From the NCBI RefSeq assembly GCF_000181795.1, contig NW_003526943.1, positions 870,487 to 934,486 on the forward strand: DNA of 64,000 nt, in the 5' to 3' direction. This DNA comes from Trichinella spiralis. Its lineage: Eukaryota. The notes below the pieces were generated by a model. The model did no database searches. It was given only the letters and a program-made list of their open reading frames with translations, and was not told where the DNA came from. Shown in pieces: positions 24,530 to 39,309 of this stretch. Every line of letters begins with the position of its first letter. Position 1 is the first letter of the stretch. Made by a program: the position numbers and the translations under genes.

Positions 24530-25735
24530 ACGAATGACAAGTTTTTATAAGATATAATTTGCGCTCCATATGAGAAAAGCATATGTTTATTCATTATAAA
24601 TCAAATCAGCAACAAATTTTGATCACCTGCTGTTCAACGCTAATGAGGAAAATTATAACTCTGCTTACTTTGAAAACAGCTTGTTTATCTGGTTAGATAG
24701 TTTCGATTTAGCAAAAACATATAACATTTTCCATAAGCGATATTAAATAATTTGCATTTACAGCAAACAAATGTAGAACATTCCAATTTAGAGTATCGCA
24801 TTATGTTTACGTTGTGTGGAAATTAAGCTTATTTTTAGTCGCTTAAGCATATGAGATTTACAATTATTAATGTTTTTTTTAGTAAATTTATTGTTTAAAT
24901 TAACTTTTGTCAGTTTTAAACACACTGTTAAGTTTACCATATCTCAAGCATCATGAAATGTAAAATAAATTTGTAATTAAAGAATGCAATTGATATTGTT
25001 TTACTTTAAACGTCACAGCATTTATATTTTAAATAAAACAGTCTTGTGTAATGCATTAATTTTATGGAACAGTTTATTGGCTAGAAATAAATCAACTATT
25101 TACAGTAATTCAGAGGCAAAGCGTATTTTAAATATGGAATTTTTAAGTGTTATTTGGTAAAAAATTAATGCAAAAAATTGCAGTTCAAATTTAAACAGAA
25201 ACAAATGAATTAATCTGTGGAATACGGCAAAAAAACAGGAATAGTAATGTAATAAATGATTCTGGGCATCAATCAATCAGACAGCACAACTAAAAGACAG
25301 CAACAGATGAAGAGCATACGTGAGAAAGCACAAAATAGACCAGCAAATTTAACTCGAGTTCTTCAAGGAAAGTAAATAAGGGAGAGCAACCGTGAGTAAA
25401 ATAACATATACATTTGTGTGCCAGGGTCGTTAAAAATATACTGGCGATATTGCGAGTACGTGTGTTTGAAATCTGCCGTATAATTACAAAGAAGTTGAAT
25501 AAAGTTGCTTTTCTGCTACATATAATTTTGCTGAAAATAAACAGATAACGCACAGTGTTTCTGTACATGATAAAACACTGATTCGTTGTACGTGTTTCAT
25601 AACTATTTAAAATTATTTGCAAAAATATTTTAATTACAAGTCTATTAATTAGATGTAAGCAAAAAATATATATGCAACAGAACCATGAAGAAATTTATCT
25701 TTAATATTGAACAAATGATTTCAAGTAATATCGGT

Positions 25736-28708
25736 TTATGGTGAATATATCAGATCTACAATTGATCCAGGTTCGCAAAATAAAACTGCTGCAAAAACAG
25801 ATTTTGGCAGGGCAATATAGTTATCAGCATGCATTCCTCTGTCTAATAAAACGCAGTCTTTTGATTCTGAATAATTTACTGCATTGCATTTGGGTGGTAT
25901 TTCCGCCTTTACGCAGATTAACAAGCATTGCTGAAAGCTTTCCACATGCGAAATACTACCAATTTGTTTCCAATAATTTAAGGAAGTGTTTTTGTAAGGT
26001 TCTATTAAACATGCTAACATTAATTCTTCAAGGAAATACATAAGTGCATCCGGATTTCCTCGTCGTTCGTTTTCACGGTCTAACAATAAAGCAAAAATTA
26101 TGTATAACCACATTTATGCCTTTACATATTGCAAATGTTTAAGAACAAAAATGTTATAAAACGCTGGTACTTGGAACTTTGCACAAAATATTTTACCTTT
26201 CAAGCAACCAAGCAAACGTACAGTCTCTGCTCTTGGACTCACTGGTAGTTGGCTAGAACCTGGAAATAACATCTGACAGTTTCGCTCTGCTCGCAAAAAT
26301 GAAACACCTCGGCAACCATGGTTTGTAGTCGTGGCTCGGCAAAAGTGCAAGCACTCGTTTAAAAATCGAACCGGACGAGAAATGTTTGTAGCATAGGCAT
26401 TGTTAAGCAAACTAATATTCATCCTTTGAACAATGCACACTTCGTAATACGTATGAAGATTGACCAGTTCTAGATAAACAGTTTCAACACCTTCCTCACC
26501 AAACATACGAATGTCCTGAGACAAATCTATTAATCAAAAATGCATTTCATTTGATAGGTTTTAAAATTAATAAATATACAATAATGGTAATAATGCGCCT
26601 TACCTCTATACATTGATAAGTCATCAGGTAATTCATCAACCATATAATTTTCTGACGATGACGATGATGATGATTCATCAAAATCAAAATCAAATTCATC
26701 ATCTATCTCCTGCTCTTCTCTGTCGCCTATTTCACTTCCTTAAAACACAGTCAGCATTGATATGATAAAATCAATAAGTATAAGACATTATTTCTAAATA
26801 TTAATTATTCATTTCTAAAATTTTGTGACTATGAATTTTTGTAATTTACCTATCTCACAATCCTTTATGTAAAACATAAATGGTGATGTAGATGCGTTTG
26901 TAGATATATTGCTGGATAGATCTTCTTCTGATAGGTTTAAATTCAAGCATGATTCTTCTTCAGCTGAATAATAAACAGTGTTGCAGATATTTTCAATTTC
27001 ATCAACAGGTGAGCAGAACCAAATGCAAGTTTCAAAAGTCCCAGCTGCCCAGAGTGCAACTCGATTATTTTTATGTGTCGGAAGTAATGGCAACTTTATA
27101 ATTTCACACTGCATATTTGAGTGCTCTACAGTTACCATATAAACGTTAGTTTCATTCGTGGCTACCAAGTGAAAAGACTCAAAGTCTGTAGTACCAGGCG
27201 TTGTATCTGTAGTTTAAAATATGAATATTAATTTTCTTCATACTGCACAGTTTATTATAACTTTATCCTTTTGCAGACTTTATTCTGCATTAGTTCCGTT
27301 TATAAAAATCAGTTATTTTCAATTGCTTATCTTAATTTATTTATTGAAATGTTAAAATCATAGTTGTAAAGAAAAATGTAAATTAAAATGCATAAAATAT
27401 AAATTATTATTGATATTGGGTTTAATTAAAATTAATGTTGGACTGATTATAGAAATTATGGTACTTGATTTGTGATGAAAAACAGATGAGAATTATTTTA
27501 AGCTTCATTCATTTTATAATCAAAATTCGAAATAAGTAAAACTGATTTACCATATTCACAATTTATTAGAAAATAAAGCTGAGCTGCTGATTTCATTATT
27601 TTGCTATTGTTGCTAAAAGTGTTGCGTAGTCGCATAAGAAGGCAAGAATTTTCTTTAGAAGAATACAGCACTGCGTTACAATGTTCATTTTTTGAAAAAG
27701 CTCGACAATAAGCAAAGCACATTGTGAAAGAATTTGGAAATGTCAAGCTATATCTTTCACCTTGAAAATTTTCGGAAAACGGAAGTCGAACAGCAGTGCA
27801 TTTTTCATGCACAGGAACTATATTAATGTTCAGGAATCTGTCTACATTCTCCTCTTCACCATTGATATCTTCAAATTGGGAATCGCTGGTCACTGGATAA
27901 ATAACAGCTTTATCAGTTTAAAATGTAGAAAGTAATTTGCGGTTTTTGAAATTATCATTTCATAATTAAAAAATATCTTTGTAAAATAATTTTTGAAATA
28001 ACTCTTACAAGTCTCTTTTATTAATTAATGCAATGCATAGCAACTGAATTTGTCATTATAAATATAAAAAGAAATTTCAATTTGCAAGTTTTGCATTTCT
28101 TCAGAAAAGTAAAACAAAATGAAGTATATCTTTAGGCATTATTATTTATCTCAATGGAAGATAAATTCTTAATCATAAATAAGAAATATTTAAAGTCAGG
28201 TAACAAATTAATTATAAACTGAATAGCAATAATTGCGTTGAAATTAAATATATACAAGTGTTATTACTTTTCCAATAAATAGCATTTGGTTTTACCTTCA
28301 AGGCACTTGATTAGAGCATAAACAACAGAGACTTCATTTTCCAAGGTGCTAATGGATGTGTTAAATTGGTGTGAATGTAAGCGGTAACCTGCGCAAGTAT
28401 TGATTTCTTTGTTGTAAGAAAAGATGTTGTAACGGCTAGTGTAAACTGTAGCAAAAACGATGCCAATGCAGTGCTCAAATGTGGAATTGAAATGAAAGAC
28501 TTTATGATTCTGAATAAGTTCTACATTTAAATTTTGTGATTCCACTTCACAAATTTTATCAAGTTTTGGAATATAAAATTGGACAGGAAGCATCTGAAAT
28601 AATAATTAAAAAATGAATACAACAGCATTTTGCAATTTTAACTAAAAATACCAACGCTTGTTTCAACATTATCAACGAAAACACTCCAAACGTGTAGGAT
28701 ACAGACAT
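25736..28708 (-). CDS. Secreted multi-PAN/Apple-domain protein, copy 1 (five domains plus acidic linker)
   Basis: Short hydrophobic first exon, then five exons each with a PAN-like C...CxxxC...C(N/R)(A/T/G)VxY/F...C...C pattern (the first more degenerate). An acidic exon (DDEFDFDFDESSSS) lies at about 26603-26739. Confidence 0.8.
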
Positions 28709-30780
28709 CTTTAACCTAAATGCTTAACAATCAAAATAATTGTTTACAGTGTTTATTTTATTTGAACTTCAGTTTGCAAAATCAGAATGAAAGGAAGACA
28801 CGGTTCTTCAACAGTTGCTTAATTATTTCTGTCTCATTCTTGAACAGCGGAATATGTGAAAAGTAAATTTCAGTGCTAACGCTACTTAATAATCACTTTT
28901 TGCACTGCTTTTGCATTCATAATTTGTATATCAAAGTTCTTCCTTTATTTTTGAAAATTTTGTTTAACGGTTGTTCTACTGATTAAAAATGTTAATGCTT
29001 GAAGTAAAGAAAATCCAATGAACGTGAAATAAATGCTGAAATATTAAAAAATATGTTATGTTTTTAGAGTTTCACTATTATGCTGTTTGTTCCATATTGT
29101 CACATTATACTTTGGTACTCATGCAATGTTATTACATTTTCGTAATCACAAAGTAAAAGTACAATTACCTGGTACATTACATAAACGTTGAATTTTATTT
29201 TAAAAATAAAACTCATGATGAGTAGGAATAATGATGATATGCTCACTCACCATTTTATGTAACTTCCTCTGTAATTGTTGAAGATTTGTTAAAGCTGTAA
29301 ATAATATTAAACTAAGTTTTAATAAAATGAAATATTTCTGCTATAAATTATTGTTACTGCCATTCTGAAAAATTCATTAATGCTTAATAATTTTGCAACT
29401 TGAGATTTGCAACATGCTTTTTATTTATATAAATAAAGTTTAAAAATACACTAAAACATACGCATATTTCTCATGAAGAGCTAATCAACGTATATAAATG
29501 AACAGTTAGTTGGCAGGATATAAATATGATGAATATTTTATATATCCTGCCTAATTAAATAAAAATTTCTTCCTCTCATTTTAGTAAATAGCAAGGCAAT
29601 ATCTTACTTTTAATAAGCTGCTAAAAGCTTAAAACAATGCTAGATTTCTTATATTTAGTGTTTCTTATTAATTATTTATATGATGAAAAGTAAATTATCA
29701 ATTTAAATATGCATTTGTTAATTTAAGAAGAAATTAAATTGATTAACAGAAAATTTTATATATTTTAATGAGGTCTTCTGGACAAATTTTATTTAATTTA
29801 TTCTACTTACAATAAATGCCAGTTTGAACTTGCACAAATGAGGTGATGAGATTTAAAAGTAATTATTAAATCATAAAATGCGACATTCTCTTTGAATTTC
29901 AGTTCTGCTGTGAATGTGAAATAATAACTACATTTTGAATCACAATCTAGAATTTTCTGACAAAAGTTTTAGCTATCAGAAATAAATGCCTTTAAGTTAA
30001 GCAAATATAAGATGTGAGAATTGAAGCTTGATTTTAAAAGTTAGAATTTAACTTTCCTCTTTAATTTTTTCTTTTCATTTCATGCAATTAAGCAAACATT
30101 TTTATCTAAAGTTCTGGAAAGATTTTAATTTTAAAGATTATTTTTTTGCATTTACGAATATATAAGTATAAAATGGTCGATGCATTCAGCAATATCATAT
30201 TCATTTTATGTAAAACTTTTAAAACATTAATTAATATTAAATTATTCAAGATCGCTAATATTATGATTTAATGTTGTTCGTGGTTTTGAAAGTTCTGTTT
30301 CATATTATGCAGATAACAAAACAGCAGATCATACAAAGCTTTTTCGTGAGGTATAACACTGGTGACTGCATTTTTACTCGCATGCTAAATCTACGCTATT
30401 ATGTACTATACTGTATGTGTATTCACTGTACTATAATCTGCATTCAGCAGGTTTAATCTGCTGAATTATATGACTATGTATAAGCATATCTTTTAAATTA
30501 ATTATAATCTATTATTAGATACTCTACATTTTTATACATCAATGTTTTAAATATTTTAAACCTCTTGGTTCTGATATTATTTGCAAAAATACTGTTTATT
30601 TATCTAGCAATCTTTAGCAATATTAAAACTTGCTTTCATGATATTTGAATATGATAAACTGAAATCAAGATTTTAATTTAATTTAAAGATTTTAATTTTT
30701 ATTCTGAATCTATTAATTTACTCATGCTATTAACTGCAACTTTCTCCAATATCATTAACAATTGTAAGAGTGTGAATAAA

Positions 30781-33442
30781 TCAAATGTCATATATTTGAT
30801 GTGAAAATAATCCAGGTACACACTGAAGAATTTCAACAAAAATAGATTTTTCCATAACAGTGTAACTTTTAGAAGCATCGCGTTTAATCAACGCGCAGTA
30901 GTTTTTCAGTGAGAAATTGACTGCTGTACATTTTTCCATAGAATAATGCTTTACACACATTGATAAACACTCTTTAATGTTGCTGACATCTGTTATGTTG
31001 GCAATAACAGCCCACGCTGATAAGTTTTGCAATGTGTATGCTTCCACTACGCAAATTTTTTTCATTTCTTCCAGGTAATAATTCATTGGTGGAGGATTAT
31101 TTAAGCGCTCTTCGATGCGATCTACAATAAATTAGTATTAATGCTTTACTGGTTTTATTACATACACATAATATTTATTAATTAGTAAAATCATGAATAT
31201 TTTTCGATGCTAATAATTATAAAATGAATTAAAAACTTCCACTTTTACTTTTAGAACTTTTTACTTTTAGAATTTAATTATTATAACTTTTTAATTTATG
31301 GCACTATACACTGCTAAAATAAATCAAGTTTAAAATAATTCTCATAATGTTTACATAAAATTTTTCAAATGGAACATTTTTAATGGTTTTTACTGAAATC
31401 ATTATTGAATTAATAAATAAGGCAACTGTTTAATTTTGGTATCAAACATCAAACGTTACCATTGTAACAAGCTATCATAAATACAAGTTCTTCTCCATCT
31501 TTGACAGTGACAAAATTCTGTGGTAACCCATTTACTAAAAGCTTGCAGAAATACTTTTTCTGTGAAAACAACACCGCTTGACATTTACTGGTGGTTGCCT
31601 CTCTCCGACATAAGTGCAGACATTTGTTTAATGAGTAAATACGATGATTGATATCAATGCTATAAACACCTTGAACTGTTTTGAAATTTGCCTTCTCAAT
31701 TTCACATATTTCATAAAAAGCGTATAGTTTCACAATCTCCACTTTAGTGTTAACATATGATGAAATGGATGGTGCTTCTGGACTTTGTACTAAATTTAAA
31801 TCTGAAAACATGGAAACTTTTAATTAGCCCTGCATGCATTCTATTAATTTACTCATGCTATTAACTGCAACTTCCTCCGATTGTTGCAGTTCTTCAAATT
31901 CCAATGACGATGACTGCGAATCAGATGAATGAGGCGAGTGAAATGAAATTAATGCATCTGCAAGTTCTGTTCCTGAGTCATTCTCATCTATAAACTTTTA
32001 TAGCGTATCTCATCTGCATTTATAACGTACATCATATATGATGAATATATTAAATTTTTAAATGTATATCAAAATAATTATAAAGCATTAAATCTTCTTA
32101 CCATACTCACAATTCAGGATTTTATAAAAATGTGATGATGATTTTCTAATTTTATTTTGAGTTTTAGGTACGTCATTATAGTGCAGCAAAACACACGATT
32201 CTTCCGCTAAAGAGAAAAGAAATGCGTTACAAGCAACAGTCGAAAATGACATTCGACATTGTGCAAGACAGATTTCCATGGTTCTTGGATACATCAGCGT
32301 AATTCTTATAGCTTTGATGCTATCAGCGAATGGAAATCTTTCTATAGTGCAAACTTCGCGAAGGAATTTCAATGGAATAACTTTAGTTTTGTTAAAATCG
32401 GTTTCGATTTCAGTTTCTTCATTGATAAAACTGTCCACAGCATTTCCAGCTAAATATGCTAATTAAAAAACATTAGACTGTTATAAAATTATGACCGTTT
32501 TTTATGATTTTTGAAATGATGTAATGCAAAATTCAAAACTTTTTCTTGTTTTCAATAAGTACATTTTATTTTAGCATGAACAATTTATAATCATCATTTA
32601 TTCCAATTTTTTAACAATTATATGCTTACTTATAGATTTAATATATATTTTTTTATTAATTAATTTTAATATTTAACAAAGTTTTAGTTATTATTTCATA
32701 GTATTTCAAATAGTTTCAACTGTTAGCTTCTGTCCAATACTTGTAAAAGTGAAAACTGCATATCACTCTTTAATTATATATTAATAAATGTTTCAAGTTC
32801 TATATTTTAAATAATCATGCTTTTTTTCTTTCATTCTCTTTTAGCATGCTTAAAATTATAAACCGAGAATAAAGTTTTCCAGAAGGGCATTAATCAGCAT
32901 TTTGCCCAACCTGAATTCAGCAACTGCATTTGTCATATTTTGTAAGTTAAAGTTAAGGAAAGAAATTTGTAGTTAAATTTAGAGCAAATGACCGGACATA
33001 ATTATAGCAGTAATGACATCAAAGATTACCTTCTGTGCAATTTACAAGCGTGTAAAATTCACTGTCGTCAACTGATTCAGTGTTAAAAAATGTAAGGTTT
33101 TTCCAACTTCTGTACCGTGAACATATTCTTTTCTTCGCGTTGAATGAAAAAACATCACAAATGTCAAGGATGAAATATGAAAAGCAGTTTGAAACGCAGT
33201 TTTCTAATGTTGAATTGAATCTGTATAACAGAAAATCTTGCACTTCAGCTTCATTTACATTCATTGTTTCCAAAAGGCAAAATCTATCAATAGAGGGAAC
33301 GTAAATTTGTCTGTAGTATCCGAGTGCCTGAATTGAAACAATAATGAAAGATTTACTGTTAGCACTGTTTTAAGAACAGCTATACCTGCATTCCATTTAT
33401 AATTAGAACAAGAAAGATAATAAGTTTGATTATACTGGACAT
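30781..33442 (-). CDS. Secreted multi-PAN/Apple-domain protein, copy 2 (four domains, lacks domain 3)
   Basis: First exon MSSIIKLIIFLVLIINGMQ. PAN exons at about 33029-33329, 32099-32450, 31470-31802 and 30781-31123. Acidic exon at about 31851-32013. Confidence 0.8.
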
Positions 33443-34085
33443 CCAAATTCTAAATAGGAAATCTTTTGTTAAAATCAAATGATAATGCTAGATTAAAGAA
33501 GTATAAATTAGAATAAATTAATAAAAACTTGGACAAATTTAAAGTAAATAAGGAATAGCGAACACTGTTATTAATGATGGCACGCCATGTAAAACCAAAA
33601 AAAAATATTCTTACAAAATATATGAAAAATTATTATGAAGGATATCAAATATAAAATGGTGTAATAAAAAATATATTTCATTTCTCACTTGTACGCAAGT
33701 GATTATTACAATATGATAATAAATCAGAAATTTTTGTTCCATTTATCAAATTTAAAATAATTTTTTATTAAAAGTAATATGATATAACCGATTCTAAATG
33801 TAGTTGAATTAATATAAGTGTCTGTTGTAAAGTTCTGATTATAAATAATAACTTAATTCTTGCTGTAATTTACTTTTTAGAATTTACCAATGAGCACCGC
33901 TTCAAGTCTTTTATAATTTGTCAAATCCTAACAAAGGTTTCACTTGTTAAATAATTATTTATAATTATTCAATAATGAAAAATAATAGTAGATTAAATTA
34001 ATCTATAATATTTACAAAAACAAGCAAAAGAATTTATTATCCAATATCTTATTGAGACAAGCTTGAAAACATTTTTGATTTGAAG

Positions 34086-37000
34086 CTATATGATCAGCTT
34101 AGTTGCAGATATGGCATTGATATAAATTGTAAACTTTAATAATTCATCTACTAGAGTGCCATTTTCACAATGCAAAACTTCGCTGACTATGGATCCTGAT
34201 GGTACTTTACACTGTTCTTCTTCATCACCAAGTTCAAATAAAATGCAAGACATGTAATTAAAAGCTGAACAAATTGTTAAGCAACGTTCGCAGAAACATT
34301 GCTCCATGTTTTTGGCATCGTTAATAATTTTCCCAGTTTTTAATTGAAATAATAAGCTTGAAATGTAAAATTTTATCACGCAATCCAGTTGCATTTTAGG
34401 CATGTAATATGAAGCAGCCTTTAGCATGCATTTACGTTCATGAGTACGATTTAAAATGTAATGCTTTTAACATTTTTGTTGAAATTTATATTTAAAAATG
34501 ACAATTCAACATAATTTCAAAATTCTTAGAGGAGCAAATTCATTTAAAGTTCTATAAGACTTTCAAAAGTTTTACTAAATGTCACTGCAGTAAATTAAAT
34601 GCAGTAATTAAAAATTATAATTACTGAAGTACAAAATTAACTTTCAGGCACTTTATGAAAAGTACAAACTTTTCATCTGGCTCAGCTTAAAAATTGTTTT
34701 CATTCGCCTCACTTATTACAATTCTTAAATTTGAAAATGAAATTGTGCATTTTGCTTTTGAATACGCAAAGTTTGAATGAAAGCTAAATTGACGGCAAAC
34801 ATGTAAACATCTGTTTAACCCTAATCCGGGCACCTGTCTACATATTTAGATAAAGTATGCTTGGAGCAGTGCTGTGATTTAAATAAAAATAATTAGCCTT
34901 ATTCATTCCAAAAATTTCGATAAATTTTTGTGCTCTATCTGCACAGCTAATTTTTTTCATCTGTGACGTTTTTAAACGATTGTTTTATGTTTACTATTCA
35001 TACTCCGTGCACCTGTCTATATATGTAGACGCATAACACCTCTTTTTTTGATGATTATGCTGAAGTAATCCACATGTTTGAAGTAGTTAAAATGCTCTGA
35101 GGTTATCACATTGATTATTTCTGAATGTAATCCACTTTTGTGTGCTTTATGGAATCTGGGATAAAGTTTCTGTGGATTTTATAGAGTAGATTAGTCAAAA
35201 AGGGTGCCAACCCCAAAGATAAATACGGTATGCTTAATGAGTATCTGTCAGTGCTCTCAGACCTTCTTGATGTTTGTTGAAGAGTCACTGTTATTAGCTC
35301 AATATGCAACAAAAACAGCCAATTGTTTATGGCAGCTTTAAAAAGTGGATGAGCGATATCCATTATGCAGCTATTCATTGCTATAAATAATCGGTTGCGG
35401 TGAACTTGTGATTGCCACTTTTGCATTTTACCATACGTATTGACCATTTGACCATTCGACCAGGAAAGTACGGTGTGAAGATGAACTGGATATGTGACGC
35501 GGAGAATGGTTATGCTCTGAAATATTTGTTATATGCTGGCAGAAGTCGTGAAGAACGTCACATTGGTCTTGCAAGCACCAATGTTAGGCAATTGGCACAG
35601 CCGTTTGTGAACTCTAACAAAAACGTTTTTATGGACCGTTATTTTGCATCATATTCCACTGTGAAACACCTTCTTGAGCATGGTCTTACATCTGTTGGAA
35701 CAATTTTTGCATATCGCCGTGATGTTCCAGCATGTTTGCGTAAAGCAGTACGACGTGATCTCTTCTCCACATTAGCTGTTTATGAGCACAACAAAAGAAT
35801 AACGATGATCAATTATGTGCCAAGGAAGAACAGCAATGTTCTTCTGTTGACTTCATGCCACGCAAAGTTGAAAGTAGACAACCAGCAAGGTGACAAAAGA
35901 CCAAACATCATGAATGACTAAAATCTTGGCAAAAGAGGCGTGGATAGCATGGATGCAAGAATAGAAGATTTTTGCTGTATAAGAAAGACCAACAGATACA
36001 CCATGCTGATGTTGTACTTCATTGTTGAGGTGTGCATCAACAACGCATTCTTACTGATGAGACATAAGTAAAGTTATCAGAAGATGAAAAAGCGTTTTAT
36101 GAGAGAGCTTTCAGCTGGTCAAGCACATCAAAATGAGGAATCAAAATGAAAAAATCTGTGCACAAACTAAACATGCCTTCATCCGTTACAGACTGCTCCA
36201 AAACTATAAATGTTACAGATATGAGATATAAAACGATAAAATCCATCAAAATGCTGAATGCATGGACGTCGAAAATCAGTGTAAAACTGCTGCCATTCAT
36301 GTAAAAAAAATATATACTTAGCAGCCATAAAATCACTAAAATATCATGTAGCGTTTGCATTGAATAAAATAAATAATCTATTTGTGAAATTATAATTGGT
36401 TCATGAAAAAATAATCATTTTAACATCACGTACAGAGAATAAACATAACATAACTTTTAGTGTCTGCATATGTAGACAGGTGCCCGGATTAAGGTGCAAA
36501 ATTTGCCGCCCGGATGAGGGTTAAAAAATAAACGGGAGTTAAAATGTAAAGAACTTCCGTTTTTCTAATTTCTGCAGCATCTCTTATTTCCGCTTCTCAA
36601 ATTTCATGAAATTCATGTAAACTCATCATGTATCTTTGGATTTTATTTTCCATGGTGCCGTTACTCTGACATTTGTTTTTTAAAATAGTATTTTTCTGTA
36701 ATAGTGAAATAAATGAAAATAACATTCACCGAAATCTTTCATGTTACTTTCTGATATAATAAAGTTATAATTCAATTCTGTTTCTCATCTTAAAAAGTTT
36801 CAAAAAAAAGATCAACATTACTAAACTTTTCTAAGCAGAACACTTGACTAACGTCATTCAATGCATTAATTCGATTTTTATTTTTTAATGCAAATATTTA
36901 AAAATTTATTTAATGTTAGTTTTAAATAATTGTAACTTGATATTGATTTTCATTTCTGTACGTGATTTCTTGCGAATTTTAATAATGCAACATTTTAAAA

Positions 37001-38430
37001 TTCTTTTATTAAAATGCCATCGCACTGAAATAATTATTTTTACAAAAAGTGCATAATTTCCATTCATTCAGTGCTTATCATCTTCGTTTTATTAAAAGTA
37101 AAATATTTATCTAATAAGCAGAATTCTGAAGAATTTAATTAATGAAACTTAATTAATAAATGAAGTAATAATGAGGATCATGATACTGTCAATTATAAAC
37201 TGCTCATTTTCTGTCACATTTAAAAGACGACATTTTCTTTTTTATAATAAAATAGTAAGCAGAACTGCAATGTTTTGGAGCACAATACCGAATGCAATTT
37301 TCAAAGATGTTCCTTTTAGTCATTGCTACCCTGGATGTACTGCGCTTTCCCAAAAATTGCATACGATGAATATGGCAAACTAGCCCACATACTTTTATTA
37401 CAAAAGTGGATGTTGCTGTAATTTCATTTTCAGACAGTTCAAATTCGGTTTCATTATCCAAGTTGGCTGAAATAAAATGAAGAAGCCAACTATTAACATA
37501 TTAACATATTAACAAAGCATTCAGTTTGATAATACGTTTCTTCATTATGCATTAATGTTGATGCAAAACATTTCCATACTAAAGGCTTCATTACATTTGA
37601 AATGCACTTATGGTTTTAAGTTTATTTTTTTAGTTATTTAGTTTTAAGTTAATTAAACATATATGTAATATTTCTTGTGGAAAATTAAATATGTAATAAT
37701 AATAAGTAGCAAATATATATGCAGCAATTAATTCTCTTACCAGATTTACATTTTAACAGAGCAAAAAACTGGCAAACAATTTAAATTTCAATGTCTATCT
37801 TTTGACTAATAATTTAAAAGTTTACACGTTTCTTCTGCATCTGCGAAAAGAATAGCATTACATGAGCCTTTTGAGGTTAATATCTGGCAATAGCACAAAC
37901 AAAATTTCATTTTGGATGGAATTGCATAGACTACGCAAAATATTTTAGAAAATGGAAATTGTTCAATGATACATTCTTCATGCGGTGATTGAAGTTTTAA
38001 TAATTCTCTTTTATTGTATATTTTATAATTGTCATACTGTGCTGCTTGCAACTGAAATCACTGTAGATTAGGTTGAAAAATGGATATTTATTGTTTTAAA
38101 TAATGAAGAGCCTTGCCTTCTAAGCAGTCAATGATAAAATAAAATTAAATTTCTGGTTCTAACGGACAATTTCTTACAGATACTTCATGACGTCATATAT
38201 GATTGCCATATTGCCTTTTCTTCCTGTTGTATAAAACATGGTTGCAGTCACAAAATGCATTCCATTCGAAACATTGATTAATGCATTTTTCAGAGCTATG
38301 AATTAAATAAAAAAAACATCCTGTGCACCACATACTCTGACATATTCTCTCTTTCAATAAAACACATTTTATCAACTGTTGCACTATAAAGTCACTTTTC
38401 AAATAATTGACTTGACTGATAAAAAGCAAA
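34086..38430 (-). pseudogene. Multi-PAN gene copy 3, pseudogene split by a piggyBac
   Basis: Decayed PAN exons at about 38120-38410, 37740-38052, 37175-37467 and 34086-34450. The domain-4 exon (...PVYF-LN-RCLHVCRQ) is interrupted at its TTAA by the element at 34819-36520. Stops and frameshifts are present. Confidence 0.75.
34819..36520 (+). mobile_element. piggyBac family 1, non-autonomous copy A
   Basis: TTAA TSDs at 34815-34818 and 36521-36524. TIRs CCCTAATCCGGGC / GCCCGGATGAGGG. Truncated transposase with RPGKYGVKMNWICDAENGY, VFMDRYF, D*NLGKRGVDSMD and a decayed Cys-rich C-terminus. Confidence 0.95.
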
Positions 38431-39309
38431 ACAAGACTTGTATTACTTTATAAATTTACTAAAAATTAATTTGCTATAGAATAGAACACTATAGTAACAA
38501 GGACAGCATTAATTAAGGCCATCCTTAAAATCAATGCAAAAATTATGCAGCCTGTTTATCACAATAAAGTTGCTTTATAATTCTCAGCTTTGCATCATCA
38601 AATGCATTGAGTAGTAAGCAAAGTTTTAATAATTATTTTAGAGCATAACATTTAATTTAAATAATTGTTTCCAATGAAGACAAATTAAGAAATTGACAAA
38701 TAAATTAATAATTTAAACTCTAAATTCTGAAATTAATTCTATACTCGTTTAGCATTAAGGGACTTTTTTTAATTTTTAAAATATATCATTTTTTAATTTA
38801 AAACTAATGCATTTGATTTAATCCAAGTTAATTAAAATATATGCATGAATATAATAAATATTTAAAGTAAACAAGTATTAGATTATATGCTATTAAGTAA
38901 TATTGATTAAAATTGTTCAGCAATTTAAAATTTAATTAATTTTAAATTAAAACCAAAATTATTTCAATCATCAAATGTAATGAACATTAAAATTCATCTC
39001 TCAAAAAATGCATATCTTGCGCAAATTATACTATAAAAGTAGTTTTATAGAAGTAATACGAAAGACTATTATGAAAATAAATTGAGCAGCATGAAATAAT
39101 TAACTTAATATGACTAACAATTTGCTTCAAACAAAAAAAGCCAAAAATTCTGTTTTATCTCCGTTCTGTAAACACATTAAGTTTCAAAAATTTTTATTAA
39201 TTAATAACTGAGACATTTAGACCCATTTACAGTTGTCTTGATAAATTTAATGGTTGAATAATTAAATATTAACTTAGTTTTTCATGCAACAAGTTATTTA
39301 TTATCTTCA

